Shown here: positions 34,548 through 45,042 of the stretch, one piece after another | Numbering within the stretch: position 1 is the first letter of the stretch | Layout: every line of letters starts with the position of its first letter | Origin: Trypanosoma brucei | Taxonomy: Eukaryota | Reading direction: 5' to 3' | DNA: 64,000 nt | Assembly: GCA_000002445.1 (NCBI GenBank) | Contig: CH464491.1 | Coordinates: 992,001-1,056,000 of the forward strand | Program-made: the position numbers and the translations under genes | Notes under the pieces: generated by a model | The model's database searches: none | What the model was told of the DNA's origin: nothing | What the model saw: the letters and a program-made list of their open reading frames with translations, nothing else

Positions 34548-35420
34548 ATGTCGACAAAGCCAAAACCTTTAGTCATTTTGGTTGTGGGAATGGCAGGCAC
34601 CGGCAAGACAACGCTAGTGCACAGGCTGCAACACTACGCCGAGGAGAAAGGTAAAAAGACGTATTTCATAAATTTGGATCCGGCAGTTGCGGATGTTCCT
34701 TACGGCGCCAACATCGACATTCGTGACACAGTCAACTACAAGGAAGTTATAAAACAGTATCGACTGGGACCCAACGGTGCTATCATGACATCGTTGAACC
34801 TGTTTGCAACGAAGTTTCACCAAGTCATTGGTATTCTTGAAAAAAAGGAAGGTCTTGAGTGGATCGTTGTGGATACGCCTGGTCAAATCGAAGTTTTCAC
34901 TTGGTCAGCATCGGGGCAAATAATCGCCGAGTCCCTGGCGGCCACGTGGCCAACAACACTTTTGTTTGTCGCTGATACAGCCCGCTGCGCAAGTACACAG
35001 ACATTCATGAGCACCATGCTATATGCGAGCAGCATCATGCTGAAGCAGCAGCTCCCGCTCGTCCTTCTCTTTAATAAAACGGATGTCGTTTCTTCAGATG
35101 CCGCAGTGACTTGGATGAAGGACCCGAATGCGTTGGCGGAAGCGGTTAACAGCGGTACGGATGGGAGTTACGCAGGGAGTTTAGTCCAATCCCTCTCCCT
35201 TTTCACGCACGGCTTCTACGAAAGCATTCCTTTTGCCAGCGCATCTGCTGCGTCAGGAAAGGGCATAGAGGAATTGGAGGAGGCCCTCGTAGTTGCGAAA
35301 GAACAGTATTTAAGGGACCGCGCGCCGCGAGTCGGCGAAAGAGAAAAGTTGGCGAATGAGGACGCGATTGCCGCGGAAGATATGATTCGCGCGTACCGCG
35401 AGGACCGGAAGAAGGATTAA
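34548..35420 (+). CDS. GPN-loop GTPase (XAB1/GPN1-like ATP/GTP-binding protein)
   Basis: Walker A VVGMAGTGKTT, the GPN-loop YRLGPNGAIMTSLNLF, and VDTPGQIEVF plus NKTD G-motifs. Confidence 0.85.
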   Translation: MSTKPKPLVILVVGMAGTGKTTLVHRLQHYAEEKGKKTYFINLDPAVADVPYGANIDIRDTVNYKEVIKQYRLGPNGAIMTSLNLFATKFHQVIGILEKKEGLEWIVVDTPGQIEVFTWSASGQIIAESLAATWPTTLLFVADTARCASTQTFMSTMLYASSIMLKQQLPLVLLFNKTDVVSSDAAVTWMKDPNALAEAVNSGTDGSYAGSLVQSLSLFTHGFYESIPFASASAASGKGIEELEEALVVAKEQYLRDRAPRVGEREKLANEDAIAAEDMIRAYREDRKKD

Positions 35421-38400
35421 ACTACCCAGCTGCTAAGTCAATGCATGTGAAGTGGGGTATCGTTTAAGGTGTTTTCATACCACATCCCTCCCTTGAGTCT
35501 GTAAAGCTTATGTTCATTTTTTTTTTTAACTCGTTTCACTGCACAATTTTCCTGCGGCACAAGGCACGCCGCCTTTTCTCTTCTTTTTTTTTTCGTTTTG
35601 TCATAGTGCCGTCTCTCTGCAGTGGGAATGAAACATTACGAAGCCCAAAAAAGGTGGGAGCTGGTGACGGGCCTTCACGTCAAAGGCAAAGTGTGTTATT
35701 TCACTGAAGGTATAGAAAATCAAGGAATCGGGGAAAAGCAACCGCTTTTTATGGGAATTGGTTGGCGGGGTCCATTCGAGGTCACCTCAACTGCGGGGCA
35801 ATGCCGGGCGGCTGAAAGAGGACCGGTACATTAAATGGCGCTAGGCTTCGCGTCATGTTGGTCGAGTCTAGGGTCTCGCTATCGAATTCCAACACACCAC
35901 CACAACCCCACTAGGAACCAAACGCAGAAATGATGATTATTATTATTATTAAAAGTTCTTGACAAACATTTGGTCGAGAAAAAAAAAACGAACAACATTT
36001 AAACGTGTAATGCTGTCGAAGTCCCGAGTACGGTCACTACAGGTGAAAGGCGAGTTGCCTGTGATTCACATTGCACTAGCGGTCTCCACACACACACGAA
36101 CACGCAGAAAAAAAAATAGAACGCTGCGCCGCCATGGGCAGAAGCCGGTGTTGTTGTAAGTTTTCTGTAAGCATGCATAATGATAGGGCGTGTGGACATT
36201 TGTATATTCCTTTTTTTCCCCCACGCTTTTGCTGCACAGATAGCGCTGTGGTGGCACAGCTCATTCAAATGGCTTTCAGGAAGGTTAGGTTGGCCACGGT
36301 ACCGTTTCCCCCCTCCAATTTCGCCACCTGTGACATTTAAGCGCGCGGATGGGGGGCTGTCAGTGCTCTTACCGTAAGTAACTGCGGGTCCTCCTCCCCT
36401 CCCTGGCCGTGTGCTCATCTTGGGTGCCTCATCAGCCCTGCTTTTCCGACAATGCGGCACCTGAGTGCATGGCGCTGGTGCATCATCCAACCATCCTTTT
36501 CCACTTCGTTCCTTTCCGCTTGGGGGCTTTGCAATGGCCGCGTTAGCTCCAAGATGAAGTTTCCTGGCGTGCTGCCATAGTCCCGTCTGTGCTCAGCAGG
36601 GCTTTCCACATTAATTCGACATCATATGTTTTTACCGAAAGGCCACTCAGGGGCGTTGCCGTTGCTTCCTCATGTTGTTCTCTTTGCTTCTTTCCTTCTA
36701 CTGTCTCCTCCGCCCTCCCTAAGACCTATTGAGCTGGTCGGTGAATAACCACGCCGCGGCAGCACTCGATCACTGCGGACTCGGTGCTATTTAAAGTGAC
36801 TGATTTTGTAAACTTCCTGCCACACCCCCCTCGATGCGCCCTGAGCCTACCCTTTTCACCCGTGGGGTCGAGCACACTGTTATCCCGTGTCAGGAATATG
36901 GCAACCGTGCTCCATTCGCGGCTCTTCTTCGCAATCGCCACTCTGTAGGTTTCCCTTCAGTCTCTCCCGTGTTGGCGACACCTCATTTATCAGGAGGAGT
37001 TTCCAATCCGCCTGAACTGTTAGTCGTGCTATGAGTCACCGTTTTCAATTTTTCCGCAAGCCCCTTTTCGGGACTCCGGTGCTCATGTCAAATCACTTCC
37101 CTTTCTTTACATAACACGCGGCCGACGGGGCTGTGGCGTCATCGTGTGTCGCTCCGCTTTGCGCCCGGTGTCAAGGAAATGCAGCCGCAGCTGAGGATTC
37201 CGGACGACACAGGAATGCCTTGCAACCCTTCCCTGAGGTGCCATGGGCTTGTGGTCGTATGTTGTTTTGAGAGATCGCCTGCTTTCGCTCGGCCAATTTT
37301 CCAGCTTCATTCCGCACCACTGATACGACCGCCTTGCAAATGGTCATCTTGGTGGTGTTAAACAGCTTCCGGACTTCGTTCTGCCTTTTCCCGCTCACCG
37401 AACCTCGGGAGCGCCCGTGCGCCACATTGAATTACACAAGCCCGAGTACTGACGGGCGGATGCGGCACTGTCCGTGACAGTCATGTTTACAAGGAGGTTT
37501 TGGGCGCCTTTTTGCCCTGTGCCAGCACTGGTGCCCGCACGCGCTTTTCGGCCACATCGTTTGCTGCTGAGTTTCATCCTGACGATAAAAAATGTTTCGG
37601 GGCATATGACCGTGCCTCGGATTCTGGCAGTGCTCCTATTCCGGGGCGGCCGCATTGTGGTTAGTTCGTTGGGAATTATGACGGGCCGGCTGCTCACCAC
37701 TTCTTCCCCTCGACCGCCTCACCGTGTGCACCGGTTTCGGCGCTTATTAGGGGCGATCGCTCTTCGGTATCGCCCAAAATGTTTCGTGGTGCGGGCACGG
37801 AATGATTCAGAGATAGTTTTTCCTGCCCTGCTGAACTTCCCCTTCTTCGGTGCAGGCTTATAGTTACCGCGGTTGCCTCTGCGCGTGCTTGGCCCTAATC
37901 CGGCTTCGAATGTAGCGTGTGCCTCTTTGTGCTTCTGCTTTATGTCTCCCACCAAAATATCAACTTTTATATGTTAGGTGTGTTTTTGTGCAGTTGTTTC
38001 TTCCACTGCAATCTCATCTGCTATTGCACTGTCTTTCCAAACAACGTGGTGGGAGAAATAAGCCGCATAGAAATCACCGCATTCTTTTTACTGATTGTGA
38101 AAATCACCCTTCCATACGCGGCTCGGGATTTCATCCTCCACGCGACTGTCTTTCATTGTTTCCAGTACCGTATTTAGCACCTTTTCAATTGGCACTGCTT
38201 CTGCACGATGGTTGCATGCCCATATTCAGGTGTCCCTTTAATTCTGTATTTTTCCGTGTTGCCGAAGATTATCATTTCTGCAGTGGACTAACTGCCTAAA
38301 CTCACCAGTTCATCTGTTGAAACTTTTCAGTCCTTGTTGTATATCCCTATTTTTTGCGGCGTATGAGCCCTCCTCCATCCGTCTGTTGCGTTTGCTTTTA

Positions 38401-40218
38401 TACCCACCCATGGAGGGCAATTTTGTGCACACTCTGGGACCAGCGTCCAAGGAGCTTTAAGTGTGGAGTACACCTTGATTTTTGGTGTCGGAGCACCATC
38501 CCTCCACTGAATTCAGCCATTCAAGTATTGGATTGTTTCGCGGACATCACCGGCTTACTATGCTTGAAAAGCGCCCTCTTTTAGCGTTTGACATGGGGCG
38601 GTATTCCGTCGTCCTCTTGTTTGCCGGTTTTCAAACAAATATCAGTCGTGCTTTTTTGAGCATGTCTTGTTTGTTCGAGTCCGAGGAAACCACAGCAATG
38701 ATTTGAACTGATTCAGCTTGCGCGCTTTCCGTCTTCCTCCCTTTCAGGTAGAGACATGAGAATCGCCTAAGAGCGACGCCGTAGTTTATCTTTTAGTGGA
38801 CGATTCCGTAGTGGAAGGCTGTAAACGCTTTCTTCCGTGGAGCACCGTTCAGCTAACACTACGGCATTGAGCCTCTCTAAACTTGTTCTTTCTGATTTTG
38901 TCGTTTGGTGAGCATGCTTTTCAATCCTTCTTTCAATGGGTGCAGTGTGGCCCGCGGGCTTTTGGGTCTTTGCATCGTTGGCCATTTTTCCTCGTCAACA
39001 TGAGGCCTTGTGGGTTCCAGATGCCTAATCCAAGTGCTGTGTGCCCCGTCTTTTCCTCCAGCGCTTGCGTATAGCATCTTAGCGGCTGTCGCGCAAACAC
39101 TCTTTCTCCGCTGCGGCGCACCTCCCAGTTTGTTTTCGTCCGAATCCGTCGCTTTGAGGATCGGATTCCTGGTAAATAAACTATCGTTGGGTCCTGGGGT
39201 CTTATTCAGTTCCGTGCTCAACGTTTCCATCGCTCTAAGAAATAGGATGCAGCCTAACGCCGACACCCGAAGAAACCCACGCGTCAATCCCGCGTTCGTC
39301 GAACTCTATAGTCGTTGTCATGATCTTTCTTGTTCAGTGAGGCGGGGAGTTGCTTATCCACCATGTTGGATGTGATATCTACTTTGAACCACCCCATCAC
39401 TCGAGCAACGTAGCTGCGACCCCACTCAATTAAGCCCCATCAAAGAGTTTATAAACACTGCTGCAATTAAGGAACTGTTTTCCTTCGATCCGATAGCACT
39501 CAGAAATTCTAAAACAGAATTAGCGCTGCATATTCATCGTTGGAAACCTGACTATTGTAGCTGAAGCGGCTCTCAGAGGCAGTTTTTTTTTCACTCTACC
39601 AAGTGCCACTCTTCGGATGACACCGACCGCGGTGCCGTCTGGCGCCAGCGGTTGGGATGATTCAACGCCTTTAGCTGATTTGTTCTGCTTAAAGAATGGT
39701 ACTATGGTCCCTCTTGGCTGCTCAGGGAATTTGTTCAACCTTTGGAAGCGGCTGTTAAACTAAGGTAAGAACCACCTTTAACGCTCCCCGGTATGAATTC
39801 CGTTGCATCCAGTCGCCGTCCACACTATATAATTTCCCCGTTACTTTCGATTCGCCACGAAGACGCCATGAATACACAACTGCGCGACTTTAAGGGCATT
39901 AGTGGAACGATTCGTATACTTGTCTGCCAAAGCCCGCAGCCGCCGCCCTTTCGTCGGTGGGTGACTGGTCATTACACTGGAATGGGGGCGGATGGCGGTC
40001 ACAACGCAAATACTGATTTTAGCAGCGCTCAGGTGTTCTTCAGGGTGGATTGTTTCGAGGCGTCCTGCCTCCCTGTCCCTAGAGCTGTTTCGGTTAGCGG
40101 ACTCTTTCTTATTTCGGTGAAGATAGTTCTCTTGGTCGACTTCCTATACTGGTTCATTCTGCTTTCAGGGGTTATCAGTTCTGCTGCTCTATCGAAGGTC
40201 GTTCGGCAGCGGTTGCCG

Positions 40219-40230
40219 TTAGAGTTTCCC
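40219..40230 (+). repeat. Left 12-bp target-site duplication (TTAGAGTTTCCC) of RIME insertion
   Basis: Identical 12-mer recurs at 40736-40747, immediately after the element poly(A). Confidence 0.8.
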
Positions 40231-40735
40231 CCTGGCGATGCCGGCCACCTCAACGTGGTGCCAGGGTCCAGTACCCCGTATCATCGGGGGAAGCCAAGAG
40301 CCAGCAGCGTTCCTTTCATGGGGAACACTGCTGTGCTCCGGCTACGGCATCATACAGCACAGGGATCAACAGCGTCTTGCTGGGACACTGTTTTTCATTT
40401 GTCGGTCCCTGGGCACGTGCCAGCGTGCCATCAGCAGTATCATCCGCGCTAAGATGCTGCTGTCCGGTGATGTGGAACTCCAAAAAAAAGAATTGCCAAT
40501 TGGCATCTTTTGGAGAGTCCGGAGTGGGGGGCTTCTCGCTCCATCTGCTGTATTCCGTTCATGTGCGGAAATACAACAAAAAATTATAGAGGGTGTGTCA
40601 GGATGAATGAAAAAGGGAGACTCTGCCACAGTCGCCAGACCGATAGCATCTCAGGGCTCTACGGTGATGGCTGATGGCCGCGCCAGTGGGGGGAAACTCT
40701 CATGAAGGCACGAAGAAAATTTCAAAAAAAAAAAA
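40231..40735 (+). mobile_element. RIME-type non-autonomous non-LTR retroposon (ingi/RIME family), complete copy with poly(A) tail
   Basis: The 5' end CCTGGCGATGCCGGCCACCTCAACGTGGTGCCAGGGTCCAGTACCCCGTATCATCGGGGGAAGCCAAGAGCCAGCAGC matches the conserved ~79-nt signature of trypanosomatid ingi/RIME/L1Tc elements, recalled from memory. Total length is ~505 bp, ending in A12 at 40724-40735. It is flanked by perfect 12-bp direct repeats. Confidence 0.78.
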
Positions 40736-40747
40736 TTAGAGTTTCCC
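40736..40747 (+). repeat. Right 12-bp target-site duplication (TTAGAGTTTCCC)
   Basis: Direct repeat of 40219-40230 abutting the poly(A). Confidence 0.8.
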
Positions 40748-43700
40748 GACTCTTTCAAATTTACCTCATCGCAATGCTTAAGACATGCGTCCTCTGTGGG
40801 AAGATATTTTAATCTAGCTACTCTTTGCCAGACCGGGGTTTCTTCATTAGCAATTGCTAAGACCAGTTCCATTTGCCAATCCACTATGAGCTCACCGCCC
40901 CTCTGAAGCACAGGACTCTCAGCGGCACGGCGATGGGCCCGTTTCCACTTCGGTGCCTGGTGGGTTTTGATTCCCGCTCGGTTGCTCCTGCTTCTCACTG
41001 ATTACGTTAAGACTCTTGGGGGAAACGCACGGAGGTCACAGCGAGACGTCGGTTGTTTGAAAACACCGGCGCAACGATTGCGCTTTCTAAAAGTCCTGTT
41101 GTCTGCGGACTCCTGAAAACAGTTAATCTATCTCGAGGGAGTGCTGAAAATCCTCCGCCTTCTGTTTTGGGGCGGGCCGCCCCAGTGCGTTGGTAGTGAA
41201 TGAGACTGTGTGCCGTACCCTCCCCAGCTTTCATGGACGCCTCCTGCGCCGGATCGGAACCCGCCGCGCCCACGTGGGCCGCTGTCGGCAAGGGCGGCTG
41301 TTCTCCATCTAACGGTGCTTTCGCGTTCCATTGACTTCGCCGGAGGATGGGGTATTGTGGTTCATGGGAATCCCAGCCACGAAGGGAAGGGGGCTCGAGA
41401 AACAGGGAGCGGCGGAGCTGTGTGTTTGCAGTTCCGGGGGCGGTTGCTTAAAGGGTGGGTCTTTCCTCCACGTTATCCCTTTCCAAAAAGCCGCTGCCTG
41501 GCCGCCGCGGAGGTTACCGGTTCAGGGTCAGCGAGAGGTTGGCTTTTGGCTTCGTTTTCACTAGCCGGCTGCCGGTGCCAGTTCATCGGATGGGTTGCAG
41601 TATCACGTGAAAGGACGTTCTCTCGCGTGCGGGAAATCGTTGTGCGAAAAGGTCGGGGGAATGAACCTTGCCAGTGGTATGCCCTCTACCGCTGCCGTCC
41701 TTGTGGTCTTGCAATGCTTTGACCTGTGGGCACGGTTGTTTTCGTTTGGTTATTGATGACATATGCCCACTTTCATCAATCCGCTTCGAGGTGTGTATGG
41801 TTCGCGCGTGGAACGGCTTTGGCTTCTACATTTTTTTAAAAAGTTTGACACTGTCTTCTCAAGTTACTTGGATTTCGTATTTGGGAAAGACGCTGGTGAT
41901 ATATTGTGGTTGTTGTTATACTGGTTGGAGATCTAATGCTCAAAGTAACTATTAATTATTACAACTCGATAAAAAAAAATGTCCCGAGGGTGCTAAAGGA
42001 TATGTATAAATGATGAAGCTTTCAAACGATTTCCCTCTGACTTTGTTCGGCCGGTTGTTCAGGCGTTTTGTAAGATTTTCATTGTTGCGAACAACTATGC
42101 TTGCTTTCCTATTGGTCTATGAGATGTGAAGCTATGGGGATACCTTTGCTTGGGATTAATAAAAAAGACTACTATTCCGTCGCAAGATTCTATTTTTTTC
42201 CCCCCTCTCTTTTGCGTGTATTTTAGCCCGGTAGGTTGTTTTTCTGGTGGTCATATATGATTTTATCTCATGGTGGTGTCGCAACCGATTTTGCTTAAAT
42301 CATATGGTTCATATTTCTTAGTGAAATATTTCTTTTGTTTAATACAGGAATACAGGCCAGTCCGTGGCATGTAGCGCATGCACTGATGAGGTCGCCGTTG
42401 TTCCGCCTCCGTGATATTGTGGAGGTAAGAGTTTCCCAAAATGTCTTCGAACCCTCAATGTAGTTAATGAATATTTGGGAACGGTGCGTTGTTGCTCCTT
42501 AGGGTGGATAAGGGCCACCTGGCGAATGCTTAGCGGTTTATCTTAAGGGCCTGAGGTTGGGGATGGGGACACACATCTAATTTGTAAGTGTTTTACACAC
42601 TTTTCTGATTTTGCTTTTGAGGGAAAATTGTTTGCGTCCCTCAGTGGGCAAAAAGGCGCTTAAACTCATTAGGCCACCATATTTTAAATATTGTGATCAA
42701 TGATGTTAAATATAGGTAAACTACTGTGCCCTCGCTTGACTCAAGGAGTTCAACCAACGATGATTCCACTGCCAATGACAAATGCATGTTCGAAACAAGA
42801 GGGGATGCGGTCGTTTTTCCGCGGGCGGCGTGCAAAAAAAAAAAAAAGGACGGCGAAGTGCAGTAACAACAAAACACTTTATAAAAATAATGCCACTCTC
42901 AGCGACACGTGCTGCTAATAGAGATGGTGCTACCCCTTGGATAATTATCCGTTAGCATGGCCACTGTGCCCACTTGTTGTCATGACTCTGTTGGGCTGTC
43001 ATCTTAACTGTTTGCCTTACCGATAGGTGCCCGTGAGGCATATCCGTAACAAGCAGTTGCTTATTCCTTTTCGTCTGGGTTACTTTCCAACAAACAAAAT
43101 TTGGTTGTACAATGCGCATCGTGAGGCTTCAGCAGAGGAACGACATCATTTCCTATTGAGGATTGTATGCTTGTACATAAAATATGTGAGTGCGTTTGAT
43201 TTTTTTTAACCTTTAAGGACAAATTAGTAGCATCCGTAGCAAAGGAGTGAATGTACAAGTGTCGGTGTGAATATAATTTCTCGTTATTCACATCGCTTTT
43301 TTGGGATGACTAAACCGCTGCGTGTATTGGCGTATCGGGTTATGCTGATATAGTTTTGATGTAATGCGGTCTAGTTTGTTGGACACATGTTATTGTGTTG
43401 GACTCGAATTTGGTGGTTTACTGTTTCGGTTCTTTGAATATTTTCATTGTGGTCCGTACAAAAGTTTTGGTCAGTTATATGTGGAGGGTTGTTTAAAAAT
43501 ATTTTCTCTTCGTTACTTTTTTGTTTTATTTACAACTGCTATAATCCTATTTCCCCATTTTACCTCTTGATAGAGGTATTTTCAAAGCAATTATTAACGG
43601 CGAATACACGACATCACCATCGATTGTTGACGGGCGAGTGTTTACACTTGGGGTATACTACTAAGTGAGGCCGAGTTTGATTATTTCCCCATGTGCTGTG

Positions 43701-45042
43701 ACGTTTCTATTGTGTTAGTTTTTACACTGGTCATATACTTAAATATTATACATTATATATATATACATATATTAAATTTTGAACCTGCGTCGCATCTTCT
43801 TCAGGAAAAAATTTTCTTACTCCCAATTCTGATAGTTATTTGCATTAATCGACCAGGCGTTTGTTGTGGAGACTGTTCTTTGGTCCTTGTTAATGGATCT
43901 GTGGTCAGGTGTGCGCGTGCATGCTATCTAAAATTTGATGTTTGCATGAATCTTGGGGGTCATATATTGACGAAGATAAAGATTCTGTTCATGGAATTGA
44001 GGTACGTAATTTTTGTGCTTTTCCGATCCGGTTATTACCAAATGACAGAAACACTGTTGTATTGCCACTTCGCGTAGGGGCGTTCAATTTCTAAATTTAT
44101 ATGTTTTTGTATCTGGTCCCGTGCCTAGCCAAAATTATCCGACGCTTCCGCTGATAATGATGTTGACCATTTCCTGTGTGGAATGGAAAGTATTCTCTTA
44201 ATGCTCAGCCGTCCTAGGGCCCCACCGTACTTTTCTAAAAAAAAGAAATGATGGTGACGAGGTGTTGTAGGTTGCGTATGAGGCGAATCGGTTGAGTGCA
44301 AAGACCTGTTGTCACTTGAGGAAGACGGTTTTATGCGTGGCTTTCCTTTAAACTGTTGGGAGGTTTGAGGCAGTCGATGCGATACAGAGCCTTCTGGGTG
44401 CTTGTTTGTTGTGAATATATTTTTTAATTTGTGTTGGATTGACACGATGGGTCGCCACGGTGCCAAGTGATGTTCCTTCTACTTTTGTGTTAGGAAAATA
44501 TCCTCTGTTAACTACATGTCTACCGTTGACTTTATTAATGGTGTGATGCCTAGCGTCGTCCTAATTGTTCTCTGTGGGTGATGGTTGGAAGAGGGTAAAT
44601 ATGTACGCATAGTTTCGTCGTTGAATTTGTTTTCCACTGTACGTGACAACAAGTGTACTGTTTTCTCTGATGCAAGGTGAGCAAACTCGGCTGTGCTTTT
44701 TATATGTTTTAGCTTCTTCAACATATACATATATTTAAGGTAAGTACACCTGGAAGAACGTACAATACTTTGCGTATTTTCTTTTTTAATGACTATTCCG
44801 ATCTTGACATACAACTTGTTTGTCTTTACTTGCTACGTTGTTGCGGCGGAACCATCGGGAATGTGGCATATTCTTTTTTACACCCTTTGTTTAGCTAAAA
44901 GTGTTGTGTCGTTATCCTATGTCTTGTTCTTTTGCCTTCTCTACCTGTTCACGCAGTTTATTAGACGGAAAGGAAAGAGAAGGATCACACATATTTGTTG
45001 GGCACCGCAAGAATAGGAGCATACGCTGAAGAGAAAAGTAAG

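Noticed and set aside
42835-42848. A14 tract considered as the poly(A) tail of a second retroposon
   Set aside because: I found no upstream retroposon 5' signature and no flanking direct repeat. It is more likely a simple homopolymer in AT-rich intergenic DNA.
35421-44994. tRNA, 7SL or snRNA genes in the gene-free region
   Set aside because: I scanned for T-loop GGTTCGAnTCC-like boxes and A/B box spacing and found no convincing candidate. Visual search only, so small RNAs cannot be excluded.
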